From: Marsupella aquatica
Taxonomy: Eukaryota; Plantae; Marchantiophyta
Assembly (NCBI GenBank): GCA_973895155.1
Contig: OZ316897.1
Coordinates: forward strand, 14,197,375 to 14,261,374
DNA length: 64,000 nt
Direction: 5' to 3'
Shown: positions 12,191 through 23,944 of the stretch, piece after piece
Layout: every line of letters begins with the position of its first letter
How positions within the stretch are numbered: position 1 is the first letter of the stretch
Made by a program: the position numbers and the translations under genes
Notes under the pieces: model-generated
What the model was told of the DNA's origin: nothing
Seen by the model: the letters and a program-made list of their open reading frames with translations, nothing else
Databases searched by the model: none

Positions 12191-13061
12191 TGATCAAAAG
12201 TAGCCGGTTTGGAACGTTACTCAACCTCAACTGGTATGCATTCCAGATTATCAAATTATAACAATGTCATAAATAAATTATCTAGATGTCATTTGTTTCT
12301 TCTAAAATTGATAAACTAGTCAATCTTAGTCATTAAAATATATAAAATATTTATGACATATACGCATTTTAGATTGTATTCAAAAGTTTCACCAGCACTA
12401 CTACCCAAAATGTTGTCCGTGATTTTTACAGTGGGAACTGGAACTTTCTTTTCCCGGGAGAGGAGAGGGCAGCGATGCGGCTCGCCAAATCACAGACCAT
12501 TGCCGGGGAAGATGCCGATGGCCTGTATTTTTAGGGCCGATGGCGTTCCCCCGGCATCGTGAGGCCGCCACACTTTAGGGCAAGGCGGTGTTCGAAAATT
12601 GCTTCAGCGCTCGGTTATGCGAAGAGTCTCGAAACCCTATCGGCGATGAAAGAAGCAACACCCACGTCGTGGACTCGTGTGGGCACCGCAGGCAGACGAG
12701 TGTCGCGTACCGTTCACTCCTCGAAAGGCTCTAATCTCCGCTTTACAACTTACGACGAAATCCCTGCTTTACTGGTATGTTGTTGACCATGTTCAACGCG
12801 TGTTGGGATCAGAAATGACGCAGCAGATGCCTGTTTTTGAAGAGGGCTTTTGTGAACCACCGCTACATTTGCTGCACGCGGCCGGTGGTCTAGATTTCAT
12901 TATGGTAGCGGCAACTGCTCGACCTTAGGGCCTTAGGGGTCGAGTCACACTCTTCCTCGTGACTTCAAAAGCACTTTTGGGGCCGTTGATCGAGAGAAAT
13001 GAGGTGGCCGCTCATGAAGAGGCAGCTCAGCTCAAATCTCGAAACTTGCAGAACGTTGTAG

Positions 13062-13094
13062 ACATCAACCGCACATCAACCGCACATCAACCGC
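13062..13094. repeat. Minisatellite (acatcaaccgc) x3
   Basis: Read directly from the sequence. Confidence 0.9.
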
Positions 13095-14454
13095 AAGGGG
13101 GGAATCACCTGCGAAGGCTGTTGTAAAGACCTGCGGGTCTGGTTCGCCTGCTGCTCTCGCTTTCCCGAGAATCGTTGGCTGTGAACTTCCTCGTACATCC
13201 CCGAATTTTCATCTTCACCATAGTTTGCGCAGATGATGTCGTGGAGAATCGTTGTTGCTTTGGACGACCATTGAACGAATCTGATTTTTAACTGGCTAGC
13301 ATGCCTTCAGCTCTCTCGAAGCTCCCAATTTCGTTATGTAGTCGAGGTTTAGGGTATCCTGACCGAACTATGCGCCTATAAGAGATCCACTGTAAGTAAT
13401 TAGCTCTTGATGCAGCGTGTTGATCGAAATGTGAATGAGGCAATAGTTCTGAACATCGTCGATCCGGGTGGTTTGGCCCTACTGGTCAATGCCCTGTTCA
13501 GAAATCGAATGCGAACTAGTTGTAGAGCAATTGCTCGGGTACATAGAAATGCGAACGAAGCAAGCGGCCAAAATACTTTGCCGTGTCACGTCTGACCTCC
13601 GTCTGGCTCGACATAGGTCTCTACATATAGATCTATAGACTGAAGAGTAATACAGGACAAGGGAGGGTGGTTTCCTTTGGGGTGTGTTCCTATGAGGGTG
13701 AGACGCCTGATGTGAGTGGGATGGCACTATGACCTACACTTCCTACGTAGACGAGACCCAGCTGGATCGTATCATGGCTCTTATCGATAAATAACCGTCG
13801 GAGCTCTACTCGATGTTTACATATTACTACTAAATAACTCTTTGGCCACATTTTTATGACAATGGTTAGTACTGACCTCTTGCACTTCCTCGTCCTCAGT
13901 GAGTTACAGATCTCCTACTCAGTACAGAAATGTATTGCCAGAGTTGAAAGCAAATGAAGTTGACGGTTGGTTTACTCTTTTATTAAGTAACTTTGGTTTC
14001 TATTGTTTAAAGGCCTTCGATGGAGGTGAATATGTTGGGACGGATGTCTGTAAGATGCGCCAGCATAAAAGCACACTTCGGGGTTACATTGCCAGGCTTG
14101 TGGTATATCAAATTACAGAGGGAAGGGAATTGGTTTGTATAACAATTCCAAACCTGTTGGCTAGTTTGTCAGATAGGCAAATTTGAACGGTTGCTCTGCT
14201 TGCATCTCTAAGTTATTGTAAGGTCGGCATTGATTGCCTCCTCCCGAACCATCCGCATGATAATTGAATCATTAAGAAATCTGAAGTGTATTTGTACATA
14301 GCAAGCCATTGTCATCCCTGGTCTCGGTATTCTTGCGTTCATGTGACACTGTACACGCTGACATTGGAGCATCTCATCGTCCACAAGGACACACTGGGGA
14401 GAAAAACCACTCTCCATTGCCTTGTATCACTCCCACTGACATGGAGCATCTCGG

Positions 14455-14573
14455 TCTCCACAGGAACACAATGGAACCCTCTCTTGCTCTGTACCACTGC
14501 ATTGTGCAGGATCTCTCCACGGGAACACAATGGAACCCTCTCTTGCTCTGTACCACTGCATTGTGTAGGATCT
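14455..14573. repeat. Near-perfect tandem duplication, 2 x ~59 bp
   Basis: ctccac(a/g)ggaacacaatggaaccctctcttgctctgtaccactgcattgtg(c/t)aggatct twice. Confidence 0.9.
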
Positions 14574-14884
14574 GTGTATTGAACGAGCGAGAAGGACAGA
14601 GGTTGTGTGTCACACGGATGAGCAGTAACAGGGCAAGCGAATGCTCGAGAGGAGTTGAACGTCAAAACTCGGGGATGTGCAAAACTGAGGAGGCAACGCA
14701 AAGCAGTAGTCACAGGTTAATTCCATCAATCTGTTGGGGTAGAAAAAAATTAAAATTAGGTCAGGAGATGGAGTGTGACTGGACTTGGGCGGTGACAGTT
14801 AAATTTTATTTTTTGTTATGACAAGCGAATATAGTGGGACATGAAGTAAACTTGAAAGCGCTCATTTGATACTCTTTTCGACAA

Positions 14885-15043
14885 TTCAAAGAAAACTAAA
14901 TCGACGAGACTATTGGCGCTCTATCTCCACACAAGTTTTCAAAGAAAACTAAATCGACGAGACTTTGGCGCACTATCTCACACAAGTTTTCAAAGAAAAC
15001 TAAATCGACGAGACTATTGGCGCACTATCTCCACACAAGTTTT
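14885..15043. repeat. Tandem repeat, 3 x ~52 bp
   Basis: caaagaaaactaaatcgacgagactattggcgc.ctatctccacacaagtttt three times with no spacers. Confidence 0.92.
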
Positions 15044-16412
15044 TGGAAAATCTGACAACAAATGAAAGCAATGATACGAAACCATTACAAAACAAGAAAG
15101 ATACATGGCTTTCCCCCCCTCCAGCCTCCATTCTCCTGGTACCCTTTTCGTTCCCGTTCCAACATACATTATGTTTATATTTCCCTGAACCCTTTTCGTT
15201 CCCCTACCAACAAGCATAATTTTTATTTCCCAGAGCCCTCACTAAGGTTGAGGGGTTGGAAGTTTTATCCTGCAAATTTGTACTTAACTCCAATTTCTTC
15301 ATTGTCAAGATGCATAGTCCGACTCGGTTGACCCTAAACTGCAGTTGGAGACCCGATTGTTTGGGTATTTGAAGTGCCTGCGTCGATTCCTAGAAGAGGC
15401 AGAGTTGGTTTGGATGGACAGATTAGGAAACACACATGGGGCTCCATTTCTCAGAGCACTTTCTGGCAATTCTAATCAGTAGTAAGTGTCCTAAAAATGT
15501 GCTAAAGTGCGTCTGACAACCATAAGTCTTCCTTCACCTTTACGGAAACAAGATTATTCATCGTTCTTTGAGTCTATTCAATCTAGATTTTCTGTGTCTC
15601 CAGTGTACGTAAGTTTAGATCTATCCTGAAAGTAGAGGACCCCAGTGGGATTCAAGTGCTCTGAAAGAGTCCTCAACACAACCATGGATGTCGTGGTCAG
15701 GACGATGTGAGAGGGAGAAATGATGTCCATCTCTCTCGTTTGTCACTCTAGGCCTACGACATGTGAAACGCTCTGGACGCATGCTGAAAGGAAAGTGCGA
15801 GTCATTATCATACAGAGTCTCATGAAAGCAGTTGGTTCCGTGCACCGTGCTTTCTTCTGACAGCACGGTATAGGAGAATGATCAGTGTTTGGTTCGATCT
15901 GAAAGGTGCTGAACTCCAGACGTAGATGTGGCCAAAGGATGGATCTAGGTTACACTATCCATGAAAAAATATATACACAGTTCACGTGAAGGTCAACAAC
16001 CATAGGCAGTATGCAGAGTAGAATGCTGCTAATTCGATTCTGAAGATCGAAATGGAAGGACTCCTTGTCACTCAAGACGCAGTGGAGACAAAGTTGCGTG
16101 ACTCTCAGTTACGTCCTTCGACTTCACTACATGATTCAACATAAAGATTGGTGCGGAAGTTCATTTGACGACCATGGACAGTACATTATTGCCTCTCTTA
16201 ATGAGCAGTGAAATAAATCTGTATACATTTCAAAATTTCTCTACAAGCTCTGGAAGTCACTAGCTGAAGTCAATTCGGAGCCGTGTACATCTTCATTGGT
16301 GAAAGTCATGCCCTTCTTCAGAAGAATTGAACTCCAGAACAAATCAATCAAAATTTTCCTTAGCCTTGTGGCATCAGAAACTATTATTAACGACTCATTT
16401 TGCACCACAGGT

Positions 16413-19400
16413 CTATATAGGGCAGTAAGTCCTCCGTGGCATCCGATTGTAATACTTAAGCAAAGCTCGCAATTGATCTCTTTCTTTGTCAAGCTTTGTA
16501 AACACACCAGATTCGCCCACTCTCCAACCCCAATTGCCAGCCTGCAATATTTCAACCACGATTGATGAGATGTTCATGGGGACTCTACAAAGTTATGTTT
16601 CATCTACCATCTACTTCCCCTTGAAAAGCATAATGCGTCCAACGATAAATGTTTTGGTGCACTGTCAGTTTGACTGCTCTGCAAAGTAATTCTATGGAAG
16701 ATCATGTCGCCTTTTACCTGCACGGCTGGGGTGTTCATTCGAGCAGAGTTGTCCAGACTCAGTACATCCTGCATGGGAATAATGGCTGTGCGTGCCACTG
16801 AACTAAAAGTTGCCCTTATAAAATCCCATGAAATGTCTTGCTCAGTACCCTTTAATCGAAGATATGCTCGCACCTGCAGTCCCATCTCCCCAGACCATTG
16901 ACTAAGGTCAGATGAGTTAACAGTGGCCTATATAATATAGATTAGGCAGACAGAAATAATGACAGTAAGTGGTTTAAGAGGTTGGCGGAGCCTGAAGTCT
17001 CAAAAAAGGAAACAGACGATAGAAACTCCCACATCTCATCCTTCTATCATGTCAACCATCGCTTCACACCGAGATCTTACGATATAAGACTTCCATAACA
17101 ACATGCATTCGTTGAAGTCAGCAACTCAGCAATTTCATATCCAGAAGGTCCCACTCCAGAAAATAAAAAGATATCCAAAACTCTAGAAGTAGACAGCCCT
17201 TCAGTTTCACTAAAATAGTCCTGCTATCTGACTTACAGTCTCCTTTTCATCCTCCGGTAGCTTCAACCACCAGCCTCGCACCTGGGGCATTGAACGGCAT
17301 GTAAACGTATATCAAGTTCCCAGATAAGGATCGTTTGTCCATGACCATGAGTGCCCATTGCAAGCCCACAACCATTCAAATCAATTCCCGTCTACATTAC
17401 CACGAATATAATGTCCTTGATACGCAATATTGGGTCCTTGTAAATTAAGAAGTGCGGAATCAGAAAAATAAAACACAATTCGAATATAAATCAACCAACC
17501 GGCAGAGTTGCAATACCGTATCATTGTCATGGGTCCCCGGATACACAACTTGTTCAATCTCATGGTTGTGTGGCAGATGTGGATTTTGTGGATCACTTCC
17601 AAACGCTGCAGTAACGTGGACAGCAAGGCAACCAAGTAACAGCTTTCCACGTTAACGACTGCATTGTGTACTGAACAGAATATTATGCCAGCGGCAGAGG
17701 TCAAGCAACACTTTGGGAATGGAAAATGCTCTGAGAAAATACAAGAACACCAAATACGAATAGCTACCCACCAAATTGAAGTACAGCCATCCCAGGAGCT
17801 TTAATGGCCTTCCTCAATTCCACAACATCTGATGTTATGACACCCTGTAAGTCATCAAACAAACAACAGAAAGTTAGTAATCAGGACCTGCATTAATTTG
17901 CAAGAGGTTTATGAAATGTAGAACACCCTCACCTTTCAACATGTCTACATTATACAAATCTAAGGTTGATTATCGTACCCATTTGCCAAGTAGCATGCAA
18001 GGAACTTAGAATCAATGCATATGACATACCAAATCCTCTGCAATGATGTCTATCTTCCCAACAGCCTTCTGGACGGCGTCAAAGAAGGCTTGTCTTGGAC
18101 CAACCTGCAACCCCAAAACAAACCATTGAAAATCAGGAAGCTGCTGGGATTCGAACATCACCTTGAAGTCATTCACGGAAAATCAATTGAATCCACACGA
18201 CAAGTAAATTGAACACTTGCCTTCCAAGTTCCATTTAGAGCCGTTTCTTCACCTGAATAAAGAAAACCCGCACATACTCATTAGACCAAATTAGAAAGCA
18301 TATTACATTCCGCCACACTGATTCCTGTCAGTTGTAACAAGAAAGTTCGATTATGGGGTAAGAGAAGATATCCACGATGTAGGTGAAGGAACATTTGCAG
18401 CACGATGACGAGATAGACAAAATTGGTAAAAACACATTATTGCTTGTAAACTATCACTGAGTAGCCAACCTGCTTCAATAGCCCAGTATCCTGCGAGTCC
18501 TCGGAAATGGTCAATGCGAAACTCATCATAGAGATCAAACGCACGCTTCATGCGCATTACCCACCATGCATAGTTGTTGTTTGCCATGGCTTTCCAGTTG
18601 TACAGTGGACTGCGTAGGCAGGAAACTCTTTTTGTCAAAAAGAATGCAGTGTCGTGTTCTCGACTAGCAGAGAACGGAGGACAACATACGACAACGAAAG
18701 CGGTTTTTCAGAACTACTACTTGGGACAACGCAGTTATGTTCACAGAATATTTGATCCTTAAATCGTTTTCCGTTGGATTAAATCACTCAAGAGTTTCGA
18801 ACACAAGCAATTGCGCCAATCCCCCCGCCTCCAAGTCTTGCATTCAAAGAAGGAAGGTTAAATACCTCCCCCAAAGTTGGCCTGTAGCACTGAAAGCATC
18901 AGGAGGTACACCACTGACCCAAGCAGGGACCCCAGTTTTCTCATCCTGTTTCAAAGGATTCATTTCAGATAGTATTAAGAGTATAACAGTCCAAACCCTT
19001 TCTTCTAATTCAAAACTTGTGCTCATGAACACTCATAGCGAATTTCAATAGTCAACTTGACATAAGTTTGGTCAATAGAGTACCAGCATGAAACTGGTTC
19101 TATTCGCCCACACGTCTGCACTATGGCCCCCAACATATATGGGCATATCGCCAATGATTCTGATTCCTTGTTCTCTTGCATATTTGTGCACAGCTTGCCA
19201 CTGGCGTTGGAACAAAAACTGTTGGGCGACGAATATATCAATCTGCAAACACATGAGACGATACAACCAACCATTTACATGTTAAAAAACGGCCCTAAGC
19301 CCGTAGCAACGGAGCGGCAGGCTTCACATGGTAACAGGTACATGAGTAAAGCAATCCTTTCGGTCACCCACTTTACCCAATGATATACCACACTCGACTG

Positions 19401-22038
19401 AAGGGACTTTGCGATTGACCAAGGTTCAAGGTGGGAACTCACATATTGCTTGTGCTGTTTCCTCGCCTCCTCTAATGCCTTGGGCTCTCTATCTCGAAGT
19501 GGTACTGGCCACTTCCACCAAAATTGTGCATCAATGCTGGTGTCGATAGCAGAAAAAAGGGCAGCTTCTTCTAGCCAAACTGCATCGCACACGACAACAA
19601 TTTCTATTATTTGTATCTGCTCTGATGGCCTCGATTGACGCTTAGAGGAGAAAAAAAGTTGCTGTAATCGGCCCGAATTCTCGGACTAGGCGATTGCACA
19701 CCTGAAATATTTGGGCTCTTTCGAAATCTCTCAAGTTCTTGTTTTAGTCCTCCTTCGCTGGAGACAAGCTTTTGGGCAGCCTAAGCAAATTCAAACGCTG
19801 CTGATTAGGAAAAGATACAGTGATTCCTTTGGAGAAAACATTCCTGAAAGTGACCATATGAAAAACTATGTCAGTGAACACTGATTCTTGTAACACAATC
19901 CTGCTTTGCAACACAACATGCGTATGGTCCAGGTCAAAGTCGATTTCTGTCAGCAATTTCAGAATGATGTAGTATTACCTTCAAAATGAGTGGATCCTTC
20001 ACTTTGGCAACAGCATCATAATCAACACGGTTGACAGGTCTGGCAAATGGGAGACAAAAACATCAAGGACTAGAAGTTTGAGCACACTCAATGCAATTTG
20101 AAGTAGACTCTTTTAAACAAATGAAATGTGCGGGAGATAAATGGGAAGAAGCACAAAGTCTACTGAAGCCCAGCCAGTCAAAGCTACAAAACTACGGTCA
20201 GTTGGCAGACACTTCTGCGGTCACTGCAGAACTGCATACTCTAGAGGGAGAATAGCGGAGATATTGCAACAAACCATGCAATCGACGAAAGGGCGGACAT
20301 TGGGAAGAAACATTACAATCTCCTGGGAAGATCAGCTTTTTCCAGCAGACCCCATTTGACAAGTTCCTCCAGAGATATGAGCAGAGTATTTCCACAATTT
20401 GCATCCTACGGATCACATGGCAGCAATGTAGATCAACATCAACAACAAATTGATATCAAATTGAGAAATGGTCTAGCTGGAACCAATGTTCAGGCTGACA
20501 GCTGACAGTACTATCATCCTCGAGTGAGTCATTCACTACCAGAATGAACATAACAAAAATAATTGAAAAGTAGTAAGGTAAAAAAAGGAAAAATGAACCA
20601 CCAGAATGGACAAAAGCGAAACCCACCTGGCCTGCATACGGCGATCCGTCCTCACCGGACTTCCTTCCAGGGGGCACCAAAGGCAGCACCTGCGACGACA
20701 CAAACAATGGCTGGTTAAGATTTCATACATAGTCAACCTCATTCACATAAAGATTGGTGACTAAGGCATCCCAAAAGATTTCGCAACCAAAAATTATTTG
20801 CCGAACGATTGCAATTAACAATTAAGTCAGACTGCCAAATAGGGAGAAATAATGGCAAATGCGAGAAGCGTGACATCCAAAAAATCCGTCAATATTGTGA
20901 ATGGGAACAGTCGTTGTGATCTATGCAGCACAAAAAAGGCCTTGGTAATTTAAAGAAAGGCTTCTCAAGTCTGAGTCGAATTGTGATTATTGCTACAAAT
21001 AACTTTCATGGATAATTGAAAAAAAAATACTTCCTAGAATACAGACAACCCGCATTTTCACGTCTGCATATTTAAAGTTATGACGATGGATATTGTCGAT
21101 TTCTGCCTTTTCGGAGATTCGCCCTCGGTTGCGTACATGATAATTCCTTCCAGTTATAAGAAGCAACGCGGTAATGTGGGAAAAGGAGAAAAAAGGAATG
21201 GAAAGATAAGGACCTGCCAAAGACTGCAACCTGCTCCTTTCAGCCAATCCAGGAAATGGAGAGCCTCATCACCAAGCTCGCCAATGCCATAAGACCCGGG
21301 CAATGAGGTCGGGTGCAGCAAAATCCCAGCCCTCCTCTCCGGCCCCGTTTTCGTGGGATCGTCCTCCACATAGTCATCAGGCAAGGGATCTCCCGGCACG
21401 AGCCGCGCAGTCGGCTTCACAACTACACCCTTGCTGGGAGCCACCACAGTCTTCACCCCTCCTCGTCCTGATTTTCCTGCCTCCATAGTCCCCTGCTTCT
21501 TGTGCTTCCTACTCGGCCCTCTCCCGGACACCTGAAACGGAATCAGATTCTGCAACGAAAACGACCTGCTCCCGCTTCTAGTACTGCTCTCCACCGCTCT
21601 CACGGCTCCACTCGCACATTTCTTGTTGTGAATTCTCGACCTCCCTCCCCCGCCAACGAATGCACTGGGGCAGCAAATGCAATTCACCGGCAATCCTCCA
21701 TCAGTTGAGGACGAGGAGGCCCCTGCTGACGACCTTCTGCTGGTGCCGTGGCGGGCACCGCCACTGCCACCACCATCTCCGTAGACGGAGAGCTTCTTCT
21801 GGTGTTGCCGAATGCGCGACTCGGACCAGGTCGAGGCGGAATTAATTGGCGAAACCGGTCGAAAACTGCACGGTTTGGAGGCATTCAAAGGGCATTCGAG
21901 CCCTCGCGACGCGCTGGATTTGGAGCGGCCTCGTCCGTCACGGTCGGGCTCATCGCTGACGTGCTGCGGGAACGAAATGTTGGTCCCGCACGCCGTCGGG
22001 GAAGACGAGCACGGGCAGAAGAGCGACGAGGCCGCCAT
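16413..22038 (-). CDS. DPE1: 4-alpha-glucanotransferase (disproportionating enzyme 1, GH77), plastid-targeted, 16 exons
   Basis: ATG at 22038 (MAASSLF.., Ser/Arg-rich transit peptide). GH77 motifs across in-frame exons: RRAGILLHPTSLPG, WQVLPL, SPYAGQDANCGN, GDMPIYVGGHSADVW, SGVPPDAFSATGQLWGSPLYNW, EFRIDHFRG, IIAEDLG, YPGTHDNDT, PMQDVLSLDNSARMNTP, GNWGWR. TAG at 16413. Confidence 0.95.
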
Positions 22039-22095
22039 AGCCAATCGACCTCCGCAGTTCGGGACTGCTCCCCTTTCCCTTCAAGCTCTCCGTGC

Positions 22096-22186
22096 CACGT
22101 GGTCTGCGGGGGTCCCCCTCCATTTTGTACTCTCGGCCCCCTACGATCACGAGGGAACCCCGCGCCCACTCTCCGTGCGCCACGTG
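22096..22186. promoter_or_regulatory. Two G-box/ABRE motifs (CACGTG) upstream of DPE1
   Basis: CACGTG at 22096 and 22181, both in the context ctctccgtg(cg)ccacgtg. Confidence 0.5.
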
Positions 22187-22694
22187 TTGCACTCACATTC
22201 AGTTTCTTCACGGGTCCCACTTCCCCATGCTACCCGATGACGATCCTGTGACGATCGGCGGCTTACCCCAATAAGTATACTTTTAAAATAATGTTGGAGA
22301 TTTGAGTCCCCAGTATAAAATTTATCCATCTATCTACTGTAGATTCTGAAGCCCAATGTACTCCAAATGGGGTCTCCTTAACTGCACATCTGATGATATA
22401 TATTATATACGGCACTTTTCATACCATGATAAATTTCATTATTTTCTTTAAATGAATGAAAACACACCATGTATTCACACATTTTGATGTGTGATTACCA
22501 GCAGGGTTCCAAATGGATTCACTAGAGTACAGTGATTCATGATATTACACCAACAAGAAAGACGAACAACAACTTTGACTTCCCTGGGAAGAAAATAGTG
22601 AAGAAGAGAATTCTTGTTTTTTGAAAATGGCCTTTGAGGAATGTAATGTTGACTTAATGGTTCAGCTGTGTTGCCTGGACAAGAATGAAGCTTC

Positions 22695-22922
22695 TGTGTC
22701 TTGAAGCTCCAATCTTGACACAATTGGAAACAAGCAAAATGGATATATGGGATGGAAGCTATGATTGAAAACATTTGTGCCAGTCTATCTCTCCCATATC
22801 ACAAATTTGTGTCTTGAAGCTCCAATCTTGACACAATTGAAAACAAACAAAATGGATATATGGGATGGAAGGTGTGATTGAAAACATTTGTGCCAGTCTA
22901 TCTCTCCCATATCACAAATTTG
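22695..22922. repeat. Tandem duplication, 2 x ~113 bp
   Basis: tgtgtcttgaagctccaatcttgacacaattg...ctctcccatatcacaaatttg twice with few mismatches. Confidence 0.92.
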
Positions 22923-23944
22923 AGCCGGCCGCTTATGAAAATTGTTGAGTCGTCTTGTGAACCTCACGAGTACATAGCACATCTTCAAAGTGTACATGAT
23001 GTCTTGAAGATTTACTTGATATGGTTGTCAAGTAGTCAATTGTTCGTGACATAAACCTTACCTTTGAATAAGGCAGATGGGTTAATTCATTTGAAGTACT
23101 TTTGAATCTTAGTTTAAGATGAAATTTTTCCAGTATGGCTGCTGATGTTCAATGTATTGCCTGACAAAGTTTTAGACTTTTTGCTAGGAGAAGTCATTTG
23201 TCTAGTAATCTGCTACCTCTCAGGTTGGGTCATACTTTGTCTAGGTGATGCGCCTAGGAAAATTCACAAGTCATATTAACAGTATCTTAGGTAGCAATGC
23301 CTCGATAAACAATCTCATTTTCCCTTTCTATGAGGACTTCAGCAATCTAACTTTTCTCTTTTATTCCACCGGCTCTCGTGCAGCACTGCATTGCCTGTCT
23401 AAGCAAATTGAAGGCCACTCATCTGACTCAGGAACCATATCCAATCGATAGGTCCTGGTAGTCTCGTGAACAGAAAGTGGGACGTCTAGTTACCTCCAGC
23501 AGTCCAGATGAGTGGAGCGCAAGATGATTTCCACAGCCAACAGCCAGAGCAAAACTATGTTTGACTGGAGACACACAGCAGGGATGGTGCTAAGTTCTCG
23601 ATTCCATCACTTCATTGTGGTCCTCCACCATCTGCACTCTTTAAGTGCTCAAGAAACAAGAGTGACTCATATACGACAGTGCTCGACTTTCTAAACAATG
23701 GTCTCCAAGATCCGCATACGCATTGACTGCTAGCAGCTATAGCAGCACCTCACTACCGCAGGGCACAACAGCAGAATGACACAGGACTACTTGCACAAGA
23801 ATGACAGACGAGGACCTTACTTCTTAAGGACCAAACATCAGGTAATCACCTTGACATTGTATTTAAATTCTACTAGTGTTACAAAAATCCGTGACTGTTG
23901 GATTCCTTGAATATGACAACTAGAAATCTTGCTCTCTGTTTTAG

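Noticed and set aside
14885-15043. Three ~52-bp repeats resembling a CRISPR array
   Set aside because: The units are contiguous with no unique spacers, there are no cas genes, and the context is eukaryotic.
17027-17090. USE-like TCCCACATC plus downstream GATATAAG in a DPE1 intron
   Set aside because: The spacing (~45 bp) does not fit plant snRNA promoters and no recognisable snRNA follows.
21502-22274. Many overlapping ORFs around DPE1 exon 1
   Set aside because: Shadow ORFs of GC-rich sequence.
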